Assembly: GCA_963730685.1 (NCBI GenBank)
Contig: CAVSSP010000001.1
Location: 1,687,767 to 1,751,766, forward strand
DNA from: an uncultured Acidimicrobiales bacterium
Lineage (GTDB): Bacteria > Actinomycetota > Acidimicrobiia > Acidimicrobiales > RAAP-2
Length of the DNA: 64,000 nt
Reading direction: 5' to 3'
Made by a program: the position numbers and the translations under genes
Part shown: positions 19,227 to 28,215 of the stretch, one piece after another
Numbering within the stretch: the first letter of the stretch is position 1
Layout: each line of letters begins with the position of its first letter
Notes under the pieces: generated by a model
What the model saw: only the letters and a program-made list of their open reading frames with translations
Told to the model about the DNA's origin: nothing
Database searches by the model: none

Positions 19227-20818
19227 TCAGCTGCCGAGGACGGCCCGCATGGCGGCGATCCGTTGGGCGGCGTCCCTCGAGGTGATCCGGCCGTTGCCGG
19301 TCCTCGACACCCGGGCCACCGCCGCCAGCCAGGGGGACGGCTGGCGCTCCATCTGCCTGCCGTTGGCCATGCGTCGGCTCCGGGCCCACGAGCAGTGGAG
19401 CTCGATCGAGGCCCGGGTCAACGCTACGTAGAGCAGGCGCCGTTCCTCGTCACGGGACGCTTCGGTGGCCGCATAGACGATGGGGACGAAGCCGTCCTCG
19501 ATGCCGACCACGTACACCGAGGTCCATTCGAGGCCCTTGGCCCGGTGGAAGGTCGCCAGCTCCACCGCGTCGACGGGACCGTCCCCGGACCGATCACGAC
19601 CTCCGCCCGGACCCGGAGCCCCGCGCCCATGCCCACTCCGGCCCGCCGGTCCCACCCGGATCCCGTCGGCCGAGGACTCGGGCCCGGGCGCGATCCGGTA
19701 CGGGACGCCGGCACGCTCCAGCTGCCGGCCCACCACGGCCAACTGGTCACGGGTGCGGGCCAGCACCGCCTGGTCGGACCAGGATCGTGCCCTCCTCGGA
19801 GCGCTCGAGGATGAGGGAGACCACCCCTTCGGCTTCCGCCGCCTCGTCGTCGAAGGCGGTGACCACGGGCATGGGCCCGTCGGCGCCGAGCGAGCGTGGA
19901 GGAACCGCTGCCGATCGCCCCAGACCCGCGCTGGCCGCCGCCACCACCTGGGGTGTCGAGCGGTGGTTCTCGTCGAGCCGGACGACCTCCATGCCCGGCA
20001 CGGCGTCGGGCAACCGGCCCAGGAGCGTCGGATCGGCCCCGTTCCACCCGTAGATGGCCTGATTGGGATCGCCGACGGCGCACAGGTCCTGCCGGGTTCC
20101 GAGGAGCGCCTCCGATGAGCCGGAACTGGGCCGGGTTGACGTCCTGGAACTCGTCCACCGACAGGTGCCGGTACCGCCAGTGCATGCGCTCGGCGAACTC
20201 GGCGTCGTCGAGCAGGAGGTCGCCCGAGCGGACCAGGACGTCATCGAGGTCAAGGGAACGGCGGCGGGCCAGGGCCTCGTTGTAGAGGGTGAAGGCTCGG
20301 CGACCCGGTCGGTGTCCGCCACGGTGACGCGGCCGGCGGCCTCCGCCGCCTCGGCGTAGCGGTCCGGGGTGAGGCACCGGGCCTTGGCCCATCCGATCTC
20401 GGTCTCGGCTGCCGAGGCCATGGCCGGGTCGCCGACGATGTCCCGGATGAGCCGGAACCGGTGCTCGACCACGACCGGCGGGGGAGTCCGGCCGTCGAGC
20501 GCATGGCGGCGCAGCAGCGTGAGGGCCAGTTGGTGGAGGGTTCCGGCCCGGACGCCGGGGCCGGGGCCACCACCGGCGGACGGCGCCGTCGAGACGGGCA
20601 CCCCGTACAGGGCCAGCCGCCCCCTGAGCTCGCGGGCCGCCTTCCGGGTGAACGTGCACACGGCGGTGTGGTCGGCTTCGGCCGACCCGTCCCGGATCCG
20701 CCGGGCGACCCGGAGGGTGAGGACGCGGGTCTTCCCCGAGCCCGCACCGGCCACGATGCACAGCGCCGTCGGCCTCCGACTCGACGGCACGGCGCTGGGG
20801 CGGGGTGAGGGCGTCCAT
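19227..20818 (-). pseudogene. UvrD/PcrA/Rep-family (SF1) DNA helicase, split over three frames by about 4 frameshifts
   Basis: MDALTPPQRRAVES / CIVAGAGSGKTRVLT / SVDEFQDVNPAQ / CAVGDPNQAIYGWNGAD...ENHRST / TFHRAKGLEWTSV...LLYVALTRA. Frame changes are near 20765, 20295, 20110 and 19785. Confidence 0.85.
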
Positions 20819-20937
20819 GGCCCGATCGAGTGCCCGCGTCGTCGATCGGCGGCTCGACGGGAGGATCGAAGGGCTGCACAACGCCTGAGGCTATCGGCAG
20901 GGTGCAGTCCCACCGGTCCCGGGGGGGTCGGTAGGGT

Positions 20938-21723
20938 GTGCCGGTGCTGAAGTCGTTTGCCGGCGGACAGTTGTTCGGCGGCACGTGGGGCCAGGGGCCG
21001 GCATCGGTGCTGGCCCTGCACGGCTGGCGGCGCACCCACCAGGACTTCTCAGCGGTGTTCGACCTGCCCACCGATAGCCCCTCGCCTACCGGACCGACAC
21101 CGGGGCCGAGCGTCGTGGCGCCCGACCTCTTCGGGTTCGGGGCCACCCCGGCGCCGCCCGAGCCGTGGGGCTCCGACGACTACGCCGCCCATCTCGTGGC
21201 ACTGTTCGAGGAGCCGGGACTGCTGGCCGACCGGGTGGTGCTGGTGGGCCACTCGTTCGGCGGCCGGGTGGCGGTTCCGCTGTACGGGCTGGTGCCCGAC
21301 CGCATCGATCGGATGGTGCTGACCGGGGTCCCACTCCTCGACCGCGAGGGCCGGAGGCGACGCCCGGCCCCGGCCTACCGGGTGGCCCGGCGCCTCCACC
21401 GGATGGGACTGGTGGGGGAGGAGCGCATGGAGACCCTGCGCAACCGGCACGGGTCCCCCGACTACCGGGCGGCCCAGGGCGTCATGCGCGGCGTCTTCGT
21501 GCGGCTGTTGGCCGAGCAGTACGCCACCGGAATGGCCGCAGTCGACTGCCCGGTCCAACTCGTCTGGGGCGCGAACGACACCGAGGTCCCCGTCGGGGTG
21601 GCCGAGCGCGCCCGCCCGATGTTCCCCACCGCCACGCTCACCGTCCTGCCCGGCGTGGGCCACCTCACCCCCACCGAGGCTCCGGTCCAACTGCGCCAGG
21701 TCATCCTGGGCGGATCCTCGTGA
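20938..21723 (+). CDS. Alpha/beta-fold hydrolase
   Basis: LALHGW and GHSFGG nucleophile elbow, with C-terminal GVGHL. The stop overlaps the next start (GTGA). Confidence 0.8.
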   Translation: MPVLKSFAGGQLFGGTWGQGPASVLALHGWRRTHQDFSAVFDLPTDSPSPTGPTPGPSVVAPDLFGFGATPAPPEPWGSDDYAAHLVALFEEPGLLADRVVLVGHSFGGRVAVPLYGLVPDRIDRMVLTGVPLLDREGRRRRPAPAYRVARRLHRMGLVGEERMETLRNRHGSPDYRAAQGVMRGVFVRLLAEQYATGMAAVDCPVQLVWGANDTEVPVGVAERARPMFPTATLTVLPGVGHLTPTEAPVQLRQVILGGSS

Positions 21724-23411
21724 GGAGTGGCTGGATCGCTCCGGTCCGCCCGGCGGTCGGCCTCGAGGTGGCGCAATGGCACCGGGGGGTGGCATGGGTG
21801 ACGGTGGGCGCCTGCGCGTTGGCCTGCGCCCCGGCCGGCCTGCGGTGGCTCCGGGTGGCCCAACGTGAGCACTACCTGGCCGGTTCGGTGGTGCGCTTCG
21901 CCGCCCGTTGGTGGCGGATCGTCCCGGCCAATCTGGCCCTGGTCGTCGTGGCGGTGGCCGCCGGGGTGTCCTCGTTGTGGTGGCCGCTCGCCGGGGTGGG
22001 CGTCGCCCTGGTCGTGGGCGTCGGTCCCATCGGCCTGTCCCTCAAGGGCCGGACCTCGCCGTTGGCCTGGACACGACGCCTGAAGACCTTGGCCGTGACC
22101 TGGGCCGTGCTCGAGGCCGTGGTGGTGGCGGTCGGTGTGGTGTCCGGCTGGGCCGCACCCCTGGCCGTGGTGGCGGCGCTGGCGGTGCCGGTGGTGGTGG
22201 ACGTCGCCTGCCTCGTCAACTCGCCGTTCGAGCGCCGACTCTCGAACCGGTTCGTGGACGCAGCCGCCGCCCGACTGGCCCGGGTACACCCGACCGTCGT
22301 GGCCATCACCGGCTCGTACGGCAAGACATCGACCAAGGGGCACGTGGCCCACCTGCTGCGGGCGGACCGGAGTGTGGTGGCCACCCCGGCCAGTTTCAAC
22401 AACCGGGCCGGATTGGCACGTGCCATCAACGAACACCTGGTCGACGGCACGGAGGTGTTCGTCGCCGAGATGGGAACCTACGGTCCCGGGGAGATCGCCG
22501 ACCTGGTGGGCTGGTGCCGGCCCGATGTCTCGGTCATCACCGCCATCGGCCCGGTGCACCTGGAGCGATTCGGGTCCGAGGACCGTATCGTCGAGGCCAA
22601 GTCCGAGATCCTGGGCCCCGCCACCACCGCCGTCCTCCAGGTCGACGATCCCCGGCTGGCGTCGGTGGCCGGCGCCGCCACCGCTGAGGGGAAGCGGGTG
22701 GTCAGCTGCTCGGCCAGCGACCGGTCGGCCGACGTGTGCGTGTCGCGGAGCGGGGACGGGACCCGGGTGTCGGTGTACGTCTCCGGCGAACCGGTCGCCG
22801 AGGACCGTCCCGTCCCGACGGGGGTCCAGCCGTCCAACCTGGCCTGCGCCATCGGCGTGGCCCTGGCCCTGGGCATCGACCCGTCGACCATCGGCGCCCG
22901 CCTGGACGGTCTGCCGTCGGTCGACCACCGGCTCCAGACCGTACGATCCGATTCCGGGCTCCTCATCCTGGACGACACCTACAACGCCAACCCAGCCGGG
23001 GCGGCCGAGGCCCTCGGGGTGCTGGCCGCGCTCCGCGCCCCGGCCGCCGACCCTGCCCCGGCCGGCCCGACCGGCCCGGAGACGGGCCCGCGGCGACTGG
23101 CCGTGGTCACCCCGGGCATGGTCGAACTCGGAGCGCGGCAGGCCGACGAGAACCGGAGGTTCGGCGCCGCCATCGCCACCGTGGCCGATCACCTCGTGAT
23201 CGTGGGCCTGACCAACCGCCGGGCCCTGCTGGCCGGGGCGACGCCGGTGGCGGGGTCGACCACTCCGACCACTCCGACCACTCCGACCACTCCGACCACC
23301 TCGGTCACCCTGGTGCGGGACCGCCCCGAAGCGGTGGAGTGGGTGCGGGGACATCTCTCGCCCGGGGACGCGGTGTTGTACGAGAACGATCTTCCGGACC
23401 ACTACCCTTGA
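21720..23411 (+). CDS. MurF-like Mur ligase with ~190-aa N-terminal polytopic membrane domain in place of the usual UDP-binding N-domain
   Basis: Hydrophobic N-terminus with 4-5 predicted helices, then ITGSYGKTSTK, FNNRAGLA, AEMGTYGPGEI, ITAIGPVHLERFGS, DDTYNANP and MVELG. In-frame TTPTTPTTPTTPTT repeat at 23261-23299. Confidence 0.8.
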   Translation: MRSGWIAPVRPAVGLEVAQWHRGVAWVTVGACALACAPAGLRWLRVAQREHYLAGSVVRFAARWWRIVPANLALVVVAVAAGVSSLWWPLAGVGVALVVGVGPIGLSLKGRTSPLAWTRRLKTLAVTWAVLEAVVVAVGVVSGWAAPLAVVAALAVPVVVDVACLVNSPFERRLSNRFVDAAAARLARVHPTVVAITGSYGKTSTKGHVAHLLRADRSVVATPASFNNRAGLARAINEHLVDGTEVFVAEMGTYGPGEIADLVGWCRPDVSVITAIGPVHLERFGSEDRIVEAKSEILGPATTAVLQVDDPRLASVAGAATAEGKRVVSCSASDRSADVCVSRSGDGTRVSVYVSGEPVAEDRPVPTGVQPSNLACAIGVALALGIDPSTIGARLDGLPSVDHRLQTVRSDSGLLILDDTYNANPAGAAEALGVLAALRAPAADPAPAGPTGPETGPRRLAVVTPGMVELGARQADENRRFGAAIATVADHLVIVGLTNRRALLAGATPVAGSTTPTTPTTPTTPTTSVTLVRDRPEAVEWVRGHLSPGDAVLYENDLPDHYP

Positions 23412-23515
23412 ACAACTGAGCCTGTGGGCGGCCCGGACACCGGGACCGGAACCCCAGGACCGCGAACGACAGAATCCGCCCACCACCAGCACCCGACCGG
23501 AGGTTCCAACCCACC

Positions 23516-24637
23516 GTGCCCGACGTCGCCGTCATCTTCGGAGGACCCTCGCCCGAACACGACGTCAGTGTCCTCACCGGGCTCCAGGCCGCCCGGGGCC
23601 TCGCCGCCTCGCCCGGGGGCGCCGGGGGTCCGGTGCGGGCCCTGTTCTGGTCGAAGGCCGGTGACTGGTACGAGGTGGATGCGACCCTGGAGGCCGAGGC
23701 GTTCCTCGACGGGGTGCCGAGGGGGGCGCAGCCGCTCCAGCTGACGGTCGGCTCCGAGGGCGGCTTCAGCGAGCCCGCCGGCCGCCGGGGCCGCGCCCGT
23801 CCCGTCGACATCGACGCCGCCCTGGTGTGCTGCCACGGGGGGCCCGGCGAGGACGGGACGCTCCAGGCCGTCCTGGACCTGGCCGGCATCCGCTACTCGG
23901 GCCCGACGGTGTCGGGTGCCGCCCTCGGGATGGACAAGATGGCGTTCGGTGCCGTCGTGTCCGCAGCCGGCCTGCCCACCCTTCCCCGGGCCCTGGTCAC
24001 CTCCGGCGGGGACCCGCCGCCCTTCGATGGGCCGTTCATCGTCAAGCCCCGGTTCGGCGGCTCCTCCATCGGGATCGACGTGGTGGAGGATTTCGCCACC
24101 GCCCAGGCCCGGCTGTCGGCCAATCCCCACCTTCGCTTCGGTGCCGTCCTGGAGCCGTACCGGCCCGACCTGACCGACCTCCAGGTGGGCGTGCGCACCT
24201 GGCCGACGCTGGAGCTCTCCGCCATCGAGCGCCCGATCCGGGCCTCCCAGGGTGCCCACATCCTCGACTACCGCGACAAGTACGTGGCCGGTGAGGGCAT
24301 GGCCGGCGCCAACCGGGAGCTCCCGGCCCAGATCTCCTCGGAGCTGGAGAAGGCGCTGCGCGACGCCGGCGAGCGGATCGCCGGACTGGCCGGGGTCCGG
24401 GGGGTGGCCCGGATCGACTATCTGTCCGACGGCACGGACTTCGTGGTCAACGAGATCAACACCATCCCCGGGTCGCTCGCCCGGTACCTGTGGGTGGCAC
24501 CGGACCTACCCTTCGCCACCCTCCTCGGTGACCTGCTGGCCGAGGCCCGCCAGCGCCCGACCCACGCGTACTCGGCTGCGGGCGCCGACGGATCCGTGCT
24601 CCGATCGGCCGGATCGATCGCCGGCAAGTTGGGCTGA
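23516..24637 (+). CDS. ddl: D-alanine--D-alanine ligase family ATP-grasp enzyme
   Basis: VAVIFGGPSPEHDVS, HGGPGEDGTLQ, FIVKPRFGGSSIG, NEINTIPG. GTG start lies after GGAGG. Confidence 0.85.
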   Translation: MPDVAVIFGGPSPEHDVSVLTGLQAARGLAASPGGAGGPVRALFWSKAGDWYEVDATLEAEAFLDGVPRGAQPLQLTVGSEGGFSEPAGRRGRARPVDIDAALVCCHGGPGEDGTLQAVLDLAGIRYSGPTVSGAALGMDKMAFGAVVSAAGLPTLPRALVTSGGDPPPFDGPFIVKPRFGGSSIGIDVVEDFATAQARLSANPHLRFGAVLEPYRPDLTDLQVGVRTWPTLELSAIERPIRASQGAHILDYRDKYVAGEGMAGANRELPAQISSELEKALRDAGERIAGLAGVRGVARIDYLSDGTDFVVNEINTIPGSLARYLWVAPDLPFATLLGDLLAEARQRPTHAYSAAGADGSVLRSAGSIAGKLG

Positions 24638-24642
24638 GGCCC

Positions 24643-25167
24643 TTGGCCGTCCACCGGCTCGACCTCCTGCCGGGCGAACAGGTCCTGGTCGACCTCAAGC
24701 CCCACTGGTCGTTCCTCACCGCACCACTGCTCGTCTCGCTGTTCGCCGTGGCCGTCGGGGTGGCGCTCGACGTCGGCATCCCGCACACGTCGGTGGCCCT
24801 CCACTGGGTCGAGGGATCGGTGGTGGCGATCCCCTGCGCGTGGCTGGTGGTGCGGGTGGTCCGGTGGCGGACGACCAGCCTGGTGCTGACCTCCCTCCGC
24901 GTCGTCGAGCAGTGGGGTGTGACGTCGCGTCGCCAGGCCGAGACGCTGTTCTCCCACATCATCTCGGTGGTGGCGGTCCAGTCACTGGTGCGGCGCATCG
25001 TCGGTACCGGGCGCCTCGAGCTGGAGATCGTGGGCGAGGACGAGATCCGCTGGATCGACGACGTGCGCAAGCCGGTGATCGTCCAGCGGGTCATCAACCG
25101 ACGGCTGCGGCCCTACGGAACGGGGGACGGCGCCACCACGGGACCCGGCAGCCCGTGGCCGGGCTGA
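24643..25167 (+). CDS. Membrane protein with bacterial PH (bPH_2/YdbT-like, DUF304) domain
   Basis: Two N-terminal TM segments followed by a PH-like beta-rich domain ([15 protein letters not shown]...). Lies 5 nt downstream of ddl. Confidence 0.6.
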   Translation: MAVHRLDLLPGEQVLVDLKPHWSFLTAPLLVSLFAVAVGVALDVGIPHTSVALHWVEGSVVAIPCAWLVVRVVRWRTTSLVLTSLRVVEQWGVTSRRQAETLFSHIISVVAVQSLVRRIVGTGRLELEIVGEDEIRWIDDVRKPVIVQRVINRRLRPYGTGDGATTGPGSPWPG

Positions 25168-25178
25168 CCGAACCGGGG

Positions 25179-26239
25179 TCACTCGCCGCCGGTACCGTCC
25201 GGCCGGGCCCGGCGGGCAACCGTCCCGTCCGAGGCCCGTACGCGCCAGGCCGGGGTGCCCAAGTCGCTCCAGCCCGATGGCCCCGGGGCGGCAGAGCGCC
25301 ACCGCACAGCCGCCGAATCCGGCGCCGGTCATCCGGGCGCCGAACACCCCGGGAATGCCCACGAGGTGGGTCACCAGTTGGTCGACGACCGGCGTGGAGA
25401 CCTCGAAGTCGACGCCCAGGCTCCGGTGGCCCTCGGTGAGGAGCCGACCCGCCGTCTCCAGGTCGCCGTCCCCGAACGCCTCGACCACACCCCGGACGCG
25501 GTCGCACTCGGTGATCACATGGCGGGCCCGTCCGCCGGAGCCGATCGTCCCGGAGATGGGCGACGTCGGATCGATGGGCCAGGCCCAGGGGGCCGATGAC
25601 CGCCGCCGCCTCCTGGCATTCGGCCACCCGGGTGCCGCGTAGGCCGAGGAGCGGACCGTGCGGCGTTGTCCCGAGTCCACTACCACCAGCTCGCAGCCGA
25701 GAGGCACCGGGACCGGGCGGTGGGCCAACGTGGAGAAGTCGATCAGCAGCGCGTGGCCGGCGACGGCACCGGCACACACGAGGGGATCCATGGCGCCGAC
25801 CGGCACACCGGTCAGCTGCTCGGCCGCCTGGCACCGGAGCGCCACCTCCTCGGCCGACCCGCCATCGCCCAACACCTCGGCCAGCGCCACGCACAGGGCG
25901 GCGCTGGAGGACAGGCCGGCCCCCATCGGGAGCGTCGCCATGATGTCGAGTCCACCGCCGGTCGTGCCGCCCGAGAGTGCCATCATGGCGGCGATCGGAC
26001 GTGCCCACTCGGGCTCGAGAGAACCGATGGTCCCGGCGTCGGGGTCCGATCCGGGCCGGGATCCGGGCCGGCTCGTCGAAGGCGTCGGACCGCACCGTCA
26101 TCGGCCCGTCGCCCGGGGTGGCGACGACGGTGACGCCGAGATCGATGGCCATGGGAAGGGCCAGCCCCTGGTTGTAGTCGGTGTGGTCGCCGATCAGGTT
26201 GACCCGCCCCGGTCCTGTGGCTCGTCGTACCGGGGGCAT
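25179..26239 (-). pseudogene. galK: Galactokinase (GHMP kinase), about 4 frameshifts as sequenced
   Basis: [15 protein letters not shown] (frame 1), [12 protein letters not shown]...VVVDSG (frame 0), [13 protein letters not shown] (frame 1), [11 protein letters not shown]...[12 protein letters not shown] (frame 0), last ~25 codons in frame 2. GAGGAG SD lies before ATG 26239. Confidence 0.85.
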
Positions 26240-26494
26240 GTGCACTCCTCGAGTGGCGTGGTGGTGGTGGCGTCGGCGGTGGTGGCGTCGGGACGCCGGC
26301 ACGTTACTGCGTCGTGCCCGTGGCACCCGGTCCGACCCCGTCCCCCGCCCGGGCCCGGTCCCTGGTCACGGGCGGGTGGCCGGGGGAGCATTTGACCGAG
26401 CCGGGCGGAACGGTCACCATCCGGCCATGACTTTCTGCCTCCCACGACACCGGCCACTGCCGACGGGCCCGGCCCCCACGCACGGCGGTACGCG

Positions 26495-27640
26495 ATGAGC
26501 GGACCACTCGACGGCGTCAGGATCATCGAACTGGCCGGGCTCGGCCCGGCACCCTTCGCCGGGATGATGCTCTCCGATGCCGGGGCCGACATCGTCAGGA
26601 TCGACCGGGCCGAGCGGGCCGCCTCGCCGCCGCTGTCGGAGCCCCACGTGGACCTCATGAACCGGGGGAGGCGGTCGGTGGCGGTCGATCTCAAGCACCC
26701 CGAGGGTGTCGACCTGGTGCTGCGACTGGTCGAGGGAGCCGACGGCCTCATGGAGGGGTTCCGCCCCGGCGTTGCCGAGCGGCTGGGTCTGGGCCCGGAC
26801 GTGTGCCTGGCACGCAACCCGGGGCTCGTCTACGGGCGCATGACCGGCTGGGGCCAGGACGGTCCGATGGCCACCACGGCCGGCCACGACATCGACTACA
26901 TCGCCCTGGCCGGCGCCCTCGAGCCGATGGGGCGGGCGGGGGAGCGCCCGGTGCCGCCACTCAACCTGGTGGGCGACTTCGGCGGTGGGGGGATGATGCT
27001 GGCCTTCGGGATGTGTGCCGCCATCATCAGCGCCCGCACGACCGGGGTCGGCCAGGTGGTCGACGCCGCCATGGTCGACGGTGCCGCCGCCATGATGACG
27101 ATGACCTTCACACTCCGTCAGGCCGGCGTCTGGCACGACGAGCGGGGCGTCAACCTCTTGGACACCGGGGCCCACTTCTACGAGGTGTACGAGACGGCCG
27201 ACGGCGGGTTCATGGGGGTCGGCGCCATCGAGGGGCAGTTCTACGCCGAGCTGATCCGGCTCCTCGGGTTGGAGGACGAGGACCTCCCCGACCAGAACGA
27301 CCGCAGCGCCTGGCCGGCCATGAAGGATCGGTTCGCCCGTCTGTTCGCCAGCCGGTCCCGGGCCGAATGGGAGAAGGTGTTCGATGGCACCGATGCCTGT
27401 GTGGCGCCGGTCCTGTCACTGGCCGAGGCGCCCGAGCACCCCCACAACCGTTTCCGCGGCACGTTCACCGAGGTGGCCGGGGTAGTCCAGCCGGCACCGG
27501 CGCCCCGGTTCACCGGCACGCCGGGGTCCATCCGGCGGCCTCCGCCCAACCCCGGCCAGCATGCCGACGACGCACTGGCGGACTGGGGTGTCTCCGAGCG
27601 CGAGGTGGCCGAGCTGCGCTCGTCGGGAGCGATCCGCTGA
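26495..27640 (+). CDS. Family III CoA-transferase (alpha-methylacyl-CoA racemase-like)
   Basis: GVRIIELAGLGPAPFAGMMLSDAGADIVRI, GFRPGV, GHDIDY, CaiB/BaiF family. Confidence 0.9.
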   Translation: MSGPLDGVRIIELAGLGPAPFAGMMLSDAGADIVRIDRAERAASPPLSEPHVDLMNRGRRSVAVDLKHPEGVDLVLRLVEGADGLMEGFRPGVAERLGLGPDVCLARNPGLVYGRMTGWGQDGPMATTAGHDIDYIALAGALEPMGRAGERPVPPLNLVGDFGGGGMMLAFGMCAAIISARTTGVGQVVDAAMVDGAAAMMTMTFTLRQAGVWHDERGVNLLDTGAHFYEVYETADGGFMGVGAIEGQFYAELIRLLGLEDEDLPDQNDRSAWPAMKDRFARLFASRSRAEWEKVFDGTDACVAPVLSLAEAPEHPHNRFRGTFTEVAGVVQPAPAPRFTGTPGSIRRPPPNPGQHADDALADWGVSEREVAELRSSGAIR

Positions 27641-27697
27641 TCACGGCCGGCTCGCCGACCCGGCGACCGCGGCCATCCCCCCGACGCGGGCTGTCCG

Positions 27698-27934
27698 CTA
27701 CAGGTTGACCACCGGGCAGGTCACCGTCCGGGTGATCCCCTCGATCAGCTGGATGCGGCCGACCACCATCTGTCCGAGCTCGTCGACCGTTCCCGCTTCG
27801 GCCCGGACGATCACGTCGTAGGGGCCGGTGACGCCCTCGGCGGACACCACGCCGGCCAGTGAGGACACGGCTCGGGCCACCGTCGCCGCCTTGCCCACCT
27901 CGGTCTGGATCAAGACGTAGGCATGGACCGGCAA
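27698..27934 (-). CDS. Small Lrp/AsnC ligand-binding-domain protein (no HTH)
   Basis: HAYVLIQTEVGKAATVARAVSSLAGVVSAEGVTGPYDVIVRAEA. I place the start at TTG 27934, 7 nt after GAGGAG. The upstream part of the 184-aa ORF is not protein-like. Confidence 0.75.
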   Translation of the reverse strand: MPVHAYVLIQTEVGKAATVARAVSSLAGVVSAEGVTGPYDVIVRAEAGTVDELGQMVVGRIQLIEGITRTVTCPVVNL

Positions 27935-28215
27935 TTGGGTCTCCTCGGTCGGGTCGAAGACGGTGACCCGGCGAATGCTACCGCCATCGATGCCGGCCCC
28001 ATCCCGAGTCCCGCGGGTCGTGGTGGCCACTCCGATGGCCTGGTCCCGAGGCGCTGATCGTCGTCCGACCTGATGGCAACCGCCAGACCGGTCGGACGGC
28101 GTTCGTCGCTCCTCCACCCCCCAGCCGCGCTCGTGCCTCGCCGGCGGATCCCGCGGGACGGAGGTCGCACTCCTTGGTGCCATGAACCCGCCGTGCTGTT
28201 CCGCTCTCCGGGTGC

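Noticed and set aside
27935-28215. Glycine-riboswitch-like elements (GGAGAG ... CACCAAGGAGTGCGA) on the minus strand upstream of the Lrp-like gene
   Set aside because: The resemblance is only partial. There is no CTCTC P1 partner, no convincing second aptamer, and the downstream gene is atypical for this riboswitch. Rfam cmscan would be needed to revisit this.
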